Of a stretch of 49,042 bases of DNA, positions 17,379 through 26,292 are shown in pieces. The number at the start of each line of letters is the position of its first letter. The stretch's first letter is position 1. The position numbers and the translations under genes were made by a program. Source of the DNA: a bacterium (lineage in GTDB: Bacteria > UBA6262 > WVXT01); NCBI GenBank assembly GCA_046759165.1, contig JBHIBS010000011.1, positions 1 to 49,042 on the forward strand, read 5' to 3'. The notes under the pieces are model-generated. The model ran no database searches. It was not told where the DNA came from and saw nothing but the letters and a program-made list of their open reading frames with translations.

Positions 17379-19589
17379 TTATATATCTGTGATTTTTAGC
17401 TTCAAAATGATAGTCTGTTCCCTTTTAGATCTTAGCTTTAATTTCCAGTAGGGAAATACAACTGATTGCTGGTACATGCGCTCGTAACCTGCATCCCCCT
17501 CTGAGACTGTCTCTATCGGAAAATGCCATAGGGAACAATGTGGGTTGAATTCCAATCTTATATTTACTCGATAATGCTCATCGTGCATACCAATTTCCTT
17601 CAAATCAAAAATTTCTCCAAATGAAGAGAAAGGCTTTCTTCCCTCTCTATCTGGGACATAATAATAACATCCTTTATCTTCTGGTGAGGAGAAAGAGAAG
17701 TTAAATTCAGAGCCGAAGCATAATTCTGCTGGGTTCTCTCCTTTGTTGATAATTTGATAAATAATGAGAATCTCCGCCGAGTTCACTGATACTACTACTT
17801 TCTTTTCGACTCTTACAGGTTGCTGAAAATCTCCTATCCAGACAAACCCTTCTCTAACGAAGCTTATTCCAGTCGGTTCAATTCTATATCTGTAAGCTCG
17901 ATCGACGAAGTCTCCCTGTTCTCCATACTGGCAAGTCGAGAAATCATCAATCTTTGTGTCGGGATGCAAGAAATGGTCCACCAAGGAGAGCCTTTCATAC
18001 CAATCATAGTGCAAATATTTCGCCAAATTCTTGTCTTTTACCTTCTTTATATTATGAATTGATTTTAAACCTTTATTCTCCACATCGGATTTAGAATCAA
18101 AGAGACTGGCTCGAATAATCTCTTGATGGTAAGCCTCTTTCCTTCGAGTGAGAGTAGTCAATAAGTTCAAGTTTTGTGGTTTGTAATCCAATTCAAAGAG
18201 AGATGCTCCTACAGACGGTCTAAAGTAGGCATTGAGTAAGGGGGTACTGACTAAAACCTCTGCTCTTCCGTCTAGGTCGAAATCGAATTCCTCCTTTTCC
18301 ATCCATTGAGAACCCGATTGATTCTTAGCATCAATAATTTTTTCTGCATTAATCAGATGTTCATAAGTCGCTCTTCTGAGGTGCGGAAAATAGAGTCCTC
18401 CGAAAACGCCATGCCAGTAAGGGCAGTTGCATTGGCCTTTCCAAAGTTCATCTCTTGCTTTTTCTAACCAATCTGGCAGTTCTATATTTTCTCCCTCAAA
18501 CTCCACTGAAAACTTGTTCCCTCTTCTGTTGGCGCCACTTTCCAAGCCGTGTAACCTCTGAAGTGCTCTGAAAATCTTGTTGCTGACTAGAAGCATCTTT
18601 TTCTGCATCCAGTTACTCTCGGTGTATTTTACAAAGAAGTTTCGCCAGAATCCCCCTTTCAGAAACCTTGCATACCGTTCGGGCTGAGGCAATTTTTCGA
18701 TTTCTCTCTGGATATCAGTAAATTCTTTCCTCGCCCTGGTAGGTAAAACCCATTCCATCATTTGAGAATAAGCACCTGTGGGAAGGTATATTCTCCCTTT
18801 GGGTTCAAACTGTGCAATATAGTCAGAAAAGGTAAATGTTTTAATCCATTTTCTATTTTTCTCTAATTCGGAAAAAAACTCTTCAAGCCAATTCTGTCTA
18901 TAGATCAGTTCATGGGTTCCTGGCCAGATGCCAAACTTCTCTCCATCATCAGCCATTACTGCTAGTCTCTTTTCCTTCTCCCTTGCCTGGGATTTAAAAT
19001 AGTTAATGACTTCTTTTACTGGATGGAACGGTATGAGAAATCGCAGCTTTTCATCAATGGGAAAAACTTTGAGAGGATAGCCCTGTTCCTCGGTAAGGTA
19101 ATATCCAAAAAGTTGTTCCTCAAAAAGTCCAGTAGATTTGAAGGGTAAATCGTCAATGACAGTATATTCCACACCTGCCTCAGAGATTGATTTTGCTAAA
19201 TGTGGCTCCCAGACACGTTCTGCCAACCACATACCTTTTGGTTCGTAATCAAATAGGTCCCTTATATATTTGCTCAATTTCATTATTTGACCGATCCTAT
19301 CAGAGTCGTATAACATGGCCAAAATTGGCTCATAATAGCCACCGGTCATAAGTTCAATTTGCCCGGTTCGTAAAAGGTTCTTTACCATTGAAATAAATTC
19401 TGGGTGGTGCTTAACAATCCACTCCAGAAGAATCCCGCTAAAATGGAAAGTCGCTTTTATGCTAGAATGTTTTGTCAGAACTTCCAAGAAGGGATGGTAC
19501 GCCTTCTGGTAAGCCTGTTCAAAAATCGCTTCAAAATTACCAATTGGCTGATGGTTGTGAATACCGAATACGAAACTTATTCTTTTCAT
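17379..19589 (-). CDS. GH57 4-alpha-glucanotransferase/alpha-amylase (DUF1925/DUF1926 architecture)
   Basis: HNHQP, GGYYEPIL, GMWLAERVWEP (nucleophile Glu), DDGEKFG.WP (acid/base Asp), QCNCPYWHGVFGGLY and EQGDF. Confidence 0.9.
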   Translation of the reverse strand: MKRISFVFGIHNHQPIGNFEAIFEQAYQKAYHPFLEVLTKHSSIKATFHFSGILLEWIVKHHPEFISMVKNLLRTGQIELMTGGYYEPILAMLYDSDRIGQIMKLSKYIRDLFDYEPKGMWLAERVWEPHLAKSISEAGVEYTVIDDLPFKSTGLFEEQLFGYYLTEEQGYPLKVFPIDEKLRFLIPFHPVKEVINYFKSQAREKEKRLAVMADDGEKFGIWPGTHELIYRQNWLEEFFSELEKNRKWIKTFTFSDYIAQFEPKGRIYLPTGAYSQMMEWVLPTRARKEFTDIQREIEKLPQPERYARFLKGGFWRNFFVKYTESNWMQKKMLLVSNKIFRALQRLHGLESGANRRGNKFSVEFEGENIELPDWLEKARDELWKGQCNCPYWHGVFGGLYFPHLRRATYEHLINAEKIIDAKNQSGSQWMEKEEFDFDLDGRAEVLVSTPLLNAYFRPSVGASLFELDYKPQNLNLLTTLTRRKEAYHQEIIRASLFDSKSDVENKGLKSIHNIKKVKDKNLAKYLHYDWYERLSLVDHFLHPDTKIDDFSTCQYGEQGDFVDRAYRYRIEPTGISFVREGFVWIGDFQQPVRVEKKVVVSVNSAEILIIYQIINKGENPAELCFGSEFNFSFSSPEDKGCYYYVPDREGRKPFSSFGEIFDLKEIGMHDEHYRVNIRLEFNPHCSLWHFPIETVSEGDAGYERMYQQSVVFPYWKLKLRSKREQTIILKLKITDI

Positions 19590-19634
19590 ATTCCCAAAAC
19601 TTCTCAGAGAAATTGGAAACTTGCGGTTTTCTTA

Positions 19635-20123
19635 TTACTTTGCTTCTCTGTTAATAATTTCCATTATATCAATCTTCTCATCATCAGGCACCATTCTCGC
19701 TTCCAAGTGGACCCCAAGTCTATCCAGTTCCTGAAAAGCTTGAATGTCCTCTTTACTGACTGAAATAGCTTTGAGAATCTGCTTCTTCTCAGGAGAGTAA
19801 TGCATTCCACCTACATTTACTTCCTTTATTCTTACTCCTTTATTGATTAAATTCAGGACATCCTGGGGCGAGACAAAAAGGAGCATCGCCCTATCCCCTT
19901 CAAATTGGCCATTCAGTATCGCCTCTTTCGCTTGTGCTATAGTCAAAATCGATGTCTTGGTAGGGTCCGGAACTGCCATTGAGAACAGCGCTTTTTGCAT
20001 TTGGTCACTGGCAACAATGTCGTTGACTACAATCACATGATTGATTTTCAGTAACTTCATCCAGTTCTCAACTACTTGACCGTGAATTAATCGGTCATCA
20101 ATTCGTACCAGGACCATACCCAT
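19635..20123 (-). CDS. PTS mannose family EIIB
   Basis: RIDDRLIHGQV (phospho-His) and VNVGGMH. Confidence 0.92.
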   Translation of the reverse strand: MGMVLVRIDDRLIHGQVVENWMKLLKINHVIVVNDIVASDQMQKALFSMAVPDPTKTSILTIAQAKEAILNGQFEGDRAMLLFVSPQDVLNLINKGVRIKEVNVGGMHYSPEKKQILKAISVSKEDIQAFQELDRLGVHLEARMVPDDEKIDIMEIINREAK

Positions 20124-20548
20124 TATTTATTCTTCGCCTTTGAGACTTTATCAAGAAACTTTTGCTTAACGTCAAGAATGCTCTCTTTGCCTCTTTGGCG
20201 GATGAGACGAGCCAGTTCTTTCAGAGGGAGAGATCGGCGATAGTTCATACCAGCAGTTAACATAGGCAAATTAACTCCACTAATAATTTCAACCTTCTCA
20301 TCATTAACAAACTTGAGGCTGGCGTTTGCCGGTGTACCTCCCAACATATCTACGAGAATGATTTTCCCTTCCGATTGTTCGTTCCCTTCCTTTAGTATCT
20401 TGCCTACCCTTTCCCTCAATGTCTCTAAGCCATCCTTTTCATGTAAGGATAATGCCCATACCTCTTTCTGGTCTCCTAAAATAACCTGTGCTGCTTTAAC
20501 TAACTGCCGACCGAAATCACCATGAGTTATAACAATCAATCCAATCAT
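20123..20548 (-). CDS. PTS mannose family EIIA
   Basis: IVITHG (phospho-His), LVDMLGGTPAN and SGVNLPML. Confidence 0.92.
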   Translation of the reverse strand: MIGLIVITHGDFGRQLVKAAQVILGDQKEVWALSLHEKDGLETLRERVGKILKEGNEQSEGKIILVDMLGGTPANASLKFVNDEKVEIISGVNLPMLTAGMNYRRSLPLKELARLIRQRGKESILDVKQKFLDKVSKAKNK

Positions 20549-20657
20549 TTATGAATCTGCCTCTGCTTCATTCCATAAAATTACTCACATAATTGGCTCC
20601 GACAATCGGAGCGGCTACGACGGCTTTTAGTCTCTGAATCTTTTACGCTTTTAGACT

Positions 20658-21527
20658 TTATGTTGATCTTCCAATGTCACGGTACTGAATTTTAACAGGG
20701 TACTTCTTCTCCAGGAACTTCTTCAATTCATTTACAATAATTACTGAACGGTGGCGGCCCCCTGTACACCCTACAGCTATGGTCAAATAAGATTTCCCTT
20801 CTCCAATATAGTAAGGAATGAGAAATTTCAACAACCCAAAGTATTTCCTTAAGAACTTCTGGGTAACAGAGGATTTCAAAACAAATCGAGAAACTTCTGC
20901 ATTATTTCCGGTTAACGGTCTCAGCCTTTCTATATAATGCGGATTGGGTAGAAAACGAGTGTCGATTACAAGATCGGCATCAACTGGGATACCATATTTG
21001 TAGCCAAAAGAGACTAGGTTGATATTCATTGTATCAAGTTCCGGTGCCTCTCTGAAGCTAGAAAAGACAACTTGCTTAAATTCCTGAGGTGTGAGAGTTG
21101 TAGTATCAATGATCTTATCAGCTCGCTCTTTTATTCCCATAAGCCTCTTCCTCTCCTTGATGATAATCTCAAGCATGCTTCTGCCTTCCGTATCCAAGGG
21201 ATGTTTCCTGCGAGTTTCACTATATCTTCTCACCAAGACAGAATTACTGGCTTCTAAGAAGAGAATCTTGTGACTGAATCCCTTTTTACCGAGTTCTTCT
21301 AACGAAATAAAAAGGTCATCCAAAAAATCTCCTTCCCGAATGTCAATCCCTAAAGCAACTCTCTTTATTTTATCCTTTAACTGCAAGCAAATTTCGGCAA
21401 ATTTAGGTATCAGCGTAGTAGGTAAATTATCTACGCAGAAATATCCCAAGTCTTCAAAATTTTTTAGGGCTGAACTTTTCCCTGCTCCTGAAAGTCCTGT
21501 TACAATGACAAAGTTGCCCTTGGCCAT
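20658..21527 (-). CDS. rapZ: RNase adapter / P-loop protein RapZ (YvcJ)
   Basis: TGLSGAGKS, CVDNLP, RRYSETRRKHP, SFGYKYG and GCTGGRHRSV. Confidence 0.93.
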   Translation of the reverse strand: MAKGNFVIVTGLSGAGKSSALKNFEDLGYFCVDNLPTTLIPKFAEICLQLKDKIKRVALGIDIREGDFLDDLFISLEELGKKGFSHKILFLEASNSVLVRRYSETRRKHPLDTEGRSMLEIIIKERKRLMGIKERADKIIDTTTLTPQEFKQVVFSSFREAPELDTMNINLVSFGYKYGIPVDADLVIDTRFLPNPHYIERLRPLTGNNAEVSRFVLKSSVTQKFLRKYFGLLKFLIPYYIGEGKSYLTIAVGCTGGRHRSVIIVNELKKFLEKKYPVKIQYRDIGRST

Positions 21528-21635
21528 ATATTTTTACCTCAGAGAAATTACCTCTCTTTTGGGAGGATTCCTTTTTCGGGGGCCATCCATAGAACATTGT
21601 CCTTAGCTGAACTTTTATAACGCAGAGCGTTTGGG

Positions 21636-22598
21636 CTATTTTTTCCTTTTTCCTCTTTCCCTTTTTCTCTTTTCCCGAGTGATTTTTATTACTTCCTTAT
21701 CCAACTCACTAATTGCGGAATAGCCCTCTCTTCTTAGCCACTGATTCATAGCCGCTACCTCAATAATAATCGCCGTGTTTCTCCCAGGACGAATCGGGAT
21801 TACCAATTCAGGAACTTCAACTTCCAGAATCCTTGTATGCTTCTGGTCGAAACCGAGTAGTTCATACCCCTTGGTTTTGTCCCACTCTTCAAGTCTAATT
21901 ACCAAATCAATCTTTGCCGAACTTCTTACCGCACTTGCTCCAAACAATTTTTGAACATCTATTATTCCCAGTCCTTGAACTTCTAAATAGTAGCGGATCG
22001 GTTCCTTGGCAAAACCAATAAGAATGTTGCCCCTGCCCTGTTTGATTCCTACCACCTCTCCAGCAATTAAACGATGTCCTCTATTGATAAGTTCCAGAGC
22101 ACACTCGCTTTTGCCAATGCCAGTCACCCCTAATATCAAAATTCCAAGACCGTAAACTTCGACCATTACTCCTTGAACAGATGTAGTCAGTGTAAGCCTA
22201 TCCTCTAAAAAAGGCGAAAGGCGATTTACAAACGCAGTAATGGAAACTGGAGTTCTCAAGATCGGGATCTTCGCTCTCCGTGCCATTTTTATAAATCCTT
22301 GAGGAGGGTCAAAATCACTGGTAACAATAAAACATGGAATTCCCTTTGAGAAGATCCCTCGTAACAGAGTGGCTTTTTCCCTGAAGTCTAACTTCTTTAA
22401 GTAATCCAGTTCTTCCCGATCTAAGATCTGAAGTTGACCAGACGGTAAAACATCTACCTCGCCAGATAGCGCAAGACCAAGACGATGAACTTCCCGGCTG
22501 GTTATTTTCCGACTTAAACCTTTCTTTCCAGCAACAAGATGCAAATCTAACTCTGCATCTTTCTCTCTAAGTAATTCTCTAACCAGAAGCTCTACCAT
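21636..22598 (-). CDS. hprK: HPr kinase/phosphorylase homolog with degenerate catalytic residues
   Basis: Walker A GVTGIGKSE.ALEL, RGHRL, LEVQGLGII and PIRPGRN.AIIIEVAAMN. Canonical HG->QG, ADD->AGE and DRLG->ELLG. Confidence 0.88.
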   Translation of the reverse strand: MVELLVRELLREKDAELDLHLVAGKKGLSRKITSREVHRLGLALSGEVDVLPSGQLQILDREELDYLKKLDFREKATLLRGIFSKGIPCFIVTSDFDPPQGFIKMARRAKIPILRTPVSITAFVNRLSPFLEDRLTLTTSVQGVMVEVYGLGILILGVTGIGKSECALELINRGHRLIAGEVVGIKQGRGNILIGFAKEPIRYYLEVQGLGIIDVQKLFGASAVRSSAKIDLVIRLEEWDKTKGYELLGFDQKHTRILEVEVPELVIPIRPGRNTAIIIEVAAMNQWLRREGYSAISELDKEVIKITREKRKRERGKRKK

Positions 22599-22644
22599 TG
22601 TGAAATGACCTCTTATTTGTTCGCCTTTGCACTCCTTGATTAAA

Positions 22645-23109
22645 TTAATATGTATCCTCTTCCTTGATAATTTTAATTACTTCACTAGGAGTCTTTGCTT
22701 CTCGTAGTGCCTTTCGAAAAAACTTATCCTTAAGAAGCCGGGATATCTTCGCCAGGACTTTCAGATGCATCCCTGCTGAGTCTTGTGGGGCAATCATGAG
22801 AAAAATCGTATATACCTTTTCTCCATCTAAAGCATCGAATTCTACTCCCTTTCTAGATGCCCCAAAGGCACAGACGATTTCTACTACTTTATCTGTTTTA
22901 GCATGGGGAATTGCCACCCCCTGTCCAATTCCAGTGGAACCTAATTTTTCTCTGTCCAACAGAGCCTGAAGTATTTTTTCTTTTGCATTTTCTTTTATCT
23001 TCTTTGCAGCCGCTAACTTATCAATTAATTCTTCCAGCATTTCTTTCTTTTTGGTTGCTTGCAAATCCACTTCAATGGCATCTTTGCAAAGAAACCTCGT
23101 AATCTTCAT
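22645..23109 (-). CDS. ptsN: PTS EIIA Ntr/fructose-type
   Basis: LLDREKLGSTGIGQGVAIPHAK, FDALDG and HLKVLAKISRLL. Confidence 0.9.
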   Translation of the reverse strand: MKITRFLCKDAIEVDLQATKKKEMLEELIDKLAAAKKIKENAKEKILQALLDREKLGSTGIGQGVAIPHAKTDKVVEIVCAFGASRKGVEFDALDGEKVYTIFLMIAPQDSAGMHLKVLAKISRLLKDKFFRKALREAKTPSEVIKIIKEEDTY

Positions 23110-23165
23110 GTTTTTTACCTCCTATGCAAAACGGCCTCTCTTTCCGTCATTTTTTTTATCACATA

Positions 23166-23194
23166 ATTAAACTACATTCTAATGATTTTGTCAA
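23166..23194 (-). promoter_or_regulatory. Sigma70 promoter for the PTS cluster
   Basis: Minus strand TTGACA-17 nt-TTTAAT upstream of ptsN, which has a GGAGG RBS. Confidence 0.6.
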
Positions 23195-23227
23195 ATTAGT
23201 AAGGGCGGATTATAAACCCAGGGATTT

Positions 23228-23947
23228 CTACATCCTGAATTTTTTGCCTAAGTAAACTTTGCGCGCTTCTTCTGACTCCAATAACTCTTTGGCAGTTCCT
23301 GAGAGCAAAATCCTCCCCTCGTACATAATATAGGCCCTATCGATGATCTCCAGTGTCTCCCTGACATTATGGTCTGTAACCAGCACTCCCAACCCATTGT
23401 TTTTGAGCCGGGAAACAATCTGTTGAATCTCAACAGTGGTTATGGGATCAATGCCTACAAAGGGCTCATCTAAAAGAACGTATTGAGGAGTGGTTACTAA
23501 GGCTCTGGAAATCTCTACCCTTCTCTTTTCTCCCCCGGATAGTAAGCAGGCCCTATTTTCTGCTAAATGCTCTACTCCTAACTCTTGAAGTAAAGCTTTC
23601 AATTTATCTTTCTTCTCAGACTGAGTCAGTTTGGTTGTCTCCAAAATAGCCCATATGTTCTCCCGGACTGTGAGTCGCCTGAATATGGAGGGTTCCTGGG
23701 ATAAATAGCCAATTCCTTGCCTGGCCCGCTTGTACATCGGTAACTCTGTTATGTCTCTCCCCTCCAAGAGTATCCTGCCTTTGTCGGGGCGAAGGAGACC
23801 CACAATCATATAAAAGGTAGTTGTTTTACCGGCCCCATTTGGACCAAGCAGGCCTACAATCTCACCTGGGTTTATTTCTATCTCTACATCATCAACAATC
23901 TTGCGATTCGAATATGTTTTAACCAGACCACACGCTAATAAGCCCAT
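23228..23947 (-). CDS. lptB: LPS export ABC ATPase
   Basis: GPNGAGKTTTFYMIVGL, QEPSIFR, LSGGEKRRVEI, TDHNVRETL and VYLG..F.M. Confidence 0.95.
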   Translation of the reverse strand: MGLLACGLVKTYSNRKIVDDVEIEINPGEIVGLLGPNGAGKTTTFYMIVGLLRPDKGRILLEGRDITELPMYKRARQGIGYLSQEPSIFRRLTVRENIWAILETTKLTQSEKKDKLKALLQELGVEHLAENRACLLSGGEKRRVEISRALVTTPQYVLLDEPFVGIDPITTVEIQQIVSRLKNNGLGVLVTDHNVRETLEIIDRAYIMYEGRILLSGTAKELLESEEARKVYLGKKFRM

Positions 23948-24045
23948 TTTTCACCGTTTTCGCAAATGTCGGAATATTGGCAGGTTCAAAGATCGCCCTG
24001 CAGGAACTCTACTAAAATTAAGGGAAACGAAATCGGAAGTTATGG

Positions 24046-24705
24046 CTATCTGTTTTTGGGGTAGATAGATGCTTTTACATTTCCCTCCATAGTGACTCTT
24101 TCTTCATCGATGAACATAGTAATGACTTCTGCCCAGTAGTCACCCTTTACTTGTTCGTTGTCCTGGTAAATATGGGGAGAGTCTCCGGATAGAACAATTC
24201 TTTTTGTTTCATAATCGTAGTCAAGAACCTTACCTGTAGCAGTTATTTCCCCGTGTTCTACTCTGGCATCACCCTCCACATGAATTCTTTTCTCTTTCCC
24301 AAATAGTTTTATTACCTCTCCTTCAACTTTTACTCTGTCTTCTGGATTCTCCTCATCGATTCGGATGAGCTCTGGATTGCCAGTTAGAATACTCTCATTG
24401 CTGTTTACATTGTAAGTTAATCGGTCAGAAAAGGCTTCCATCCTTATAGATTCTTCTGGATAAGTTATAACATGGACGTTCCCTTTTCCTATTATATAGT
24501 TCTTTTTCTCATAATGCTCCATTATATCGGAAGTTATCACATCTTTTTCTCTAATCAATCTTACGTTGCCAAGAAAACGAGTGATTTCCGCCCTCCTCAA
24601 TACCTCCATCCTCTCTCCTGTAATGTTCACTGGCTCTTTGGGCTTCTGAGCAACAACTGTGCTTACAAAAATGAATGGCAAAAAAAGTAGAATATTCTTT
24701 CTCAT
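24046..24705 (-). CDS. lptA: LPS transport periplasmic protein LptA/OstA-like
   Basis: Signal peptide and beta-jellyroll repeats (F.GNV, L.GNP); lies between lptC and lptB. Confidence 0.75.
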   Translation of the reverse strand: MRKNILLFLPFIFVSTVVAQKPKEPVNITGERMEVLRRAEITRFLGNVRLIREKDVITSDIMEHYEKKNYIIGKGNVHVITYPEESIRMEAFSDRLTYNVNSNESILTGNPELIRIDEENPEDRVKVEGEVIKLFGKEKRIHVEGDARVEHGEITATGKVLDYDYETKRIVLSGDSPHIYQDNEQVKGDYWAEVITMFIDEERVTMEGNVKASIYPKNR

Positions 24706-24782
24706 TCTATTTTGGTCAAGCTTTCACTTGACACTCCCGTGCGCCGGATTTGATCAAGAGAGTATTGGTAAAGCGAGCATTA

Positions 24783-25135
24783 GAATTTTTAGCCAAAAAT
24801 CGAAGTAAAGATCTCATTCCCAGGAAGCGAAGCAACTTGATACGAATTGTCATTGCGAACGAAGTGAAGCAATCTGACATGCAGTGTCATTCCGACCCTG
24901 AGTGAAACGAAGGGGAAGGAATCCCATTTTATTATAGAGATTGCCACGCCCCTTTGGGGCTCGCAACGACTTCGTCGGTTTGCCACGGGCTTCGCCCTCG
25001 CAACGACCCTTCGGGTCGATTACACGCTCCTTTTGAGTCGCTGGTAATGACGGGCGGTGGTCAAAGACCAAAAAATTGTCAGCGAGCGAACCAAATCCCG
25101 AGCATATCTTCCTTAGCGATGAACAAATTATCTTT
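24783..25135. repeat. Nested repeat: outer element (arms shared with 31659-31817) enclosing an inverted copy of the 11064-11291 REP cluster
   Basis: Left arm GAATTTT(T)AGCCAAAAATCGAAG(T/A)AAAGA; right arm GGCGGTG.TC.AAGACCAAAAATTGTCAGCGAGC.AACCAAAT.CCGAGCATATCTTCCT.AGCGATGAA; inner cluster at 24813-25051. Confidence 0.82.
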
Positions 25136-25167
25136 CAATTCCTTCGATGGTTGGGCTATTACGCGTT

Positions 25168-25695
25168 TTATTTATAAATTACTCTCACGTTCTTTTTTAT
25201 AACTACCTTCTCCAACTCTGGATCCGACTCTAACCCCTGTCCTGTAATTATTGTGTCGGCACTTTCCTGGCGAACCCAATCATCAGTAAGTATTTTCTCT
25301 CGCTTGGCATCCCACCTCAGGCTTTCTGTTTTTAACGTCGTTCCTTCTTCAGAAGTAATTACTACATCTCCCCTCACTTCCATATCGCCTGATTGAGAAT
25401 GAAGTTCCCCTTCCCTAGCAGTTAGAATAGAAGTAATTTTGCCTTGATCATAAAACTTAATTCTGAGTTTCTGTACAATTGTCTTCCCTTCTGTTTTATA
25501 AATTTCTGCTCTATCTGCCTCCAACTCCCATTCCTTCTCTCCCTGACTTGTGTGGGTGAGGGTAAAATTTTCTATGGCCTGCTCAGGAGAAGATTTCTTG
25601 CCAGCCACTGTTGGTCTTTCATGCTTCTCTTTTCCACAACTTGATAAACTAAGAATAATGAGAAAGGTAAATACCCAAAAAAAATTCTTCTTCAT
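25168..25695 (-). CDS. lptC: LPS export protein LptC
   Basis: N-terminal anchor/lipobox-like LSSC, WELEADRA, LKTESLRW and ITGQGL; lies between kdsC and lptA. Confidence 0.82.
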   Translation of the reverse strand: MKKNFFWVFTFLIILSLSSCGKEKHERPTVAGKKSSPEQAIENFTLTHTSQGEKEWELEADRAEIYKTEGKTIVQKLRIKFYDQGKITSILTAREGELHSQSGDMEVRGDVVITSEEGTTLKTESLRWDAKREKILTDDWVRQESADTIITGQGLESDPELEKVVIKKNVRVIYK

Positions 25696-25739
25696 AATGT
25701 TATAGCTCGTTCATTTACCCCATTAGAAACCTTTGATTT

Positions 25740-26279
25740 CTAACGTGGTTGACTGTAATATTCTCGAGTAGCCTCTTTCCATTTCCCTTGTAATTTCAAT
25801 ATTAGCTCAAGCACTTCCCGCAAGACACCCCGACCACCCTTGGCTTTGGTTACATAATCTACTACCCGCTTCACCTCTTCTGGTGCATCTTTCGGACAGA
25901 AAGATAGTCCTGCCTTCTTCAGAACTGGTATGTCCACAATGTCGTCTCCAATATAGGCGAAGTTTTCTGCCTTAAGTTTAAATTTTTTCAAAATCTCTTC
26001 AAGGGCTTCGTTTTTGTCCATTCTTTTGAGACGAACGGCTTCTATCCTTAGCTCCTTTGCCGTCTGTTCAACCTGTCTGCAACCTCTTCCTGAGATCCAG
26101 GCAAACTTCAAATTTCCTGCACGGCGGGCAAGATTAAATCCCAAGCGGTCTTTAACATTCCAGCTCTTTATCTCCTCTCCGGACTCCATAATCACAATAT
26201 CCCCTGGGGTAAGCACACCATCGACGTCCATTCCTATCATTTCGATATTCTTGGTTTTCGCTTTGATTCTTCCGTCCAT
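25740..26279 (-). CDS. kdsC: Kdo-8-phosphate phosphatase (HAD)
   Basis: MDVDGVLT, YIGDDIVD and GGRGVLRE; start taken at MDGRIK. Confidence 0.9.
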   Translation of the reverse strand: MDGRIKAKTKNIEMIGMDVDGVLTPGDIVIMESGEEIKSWNVKDRLGFNLARRAGNLKFAWISGRGCRQVEQTAKELRIEAVRLKRMDKNEALEEILKKFKLKAENFAYIGDDIVDIPVLKKAGLSFCPKDAPEEVKRVVDYVTKAKGGRGVLREVLELILKLQGKWKEATREYYSQPR

Positions 26280-26292
26280 TTCACCATACCTC

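Noticed and set aside
24789-25202. ORFs 24789-24986, 24850-25071 and 24954-25202
   Set aside because: They lie largely within the palindromic repeat and translate to typical REP-derived junk (RLLHFVRND, IASLRSQ).
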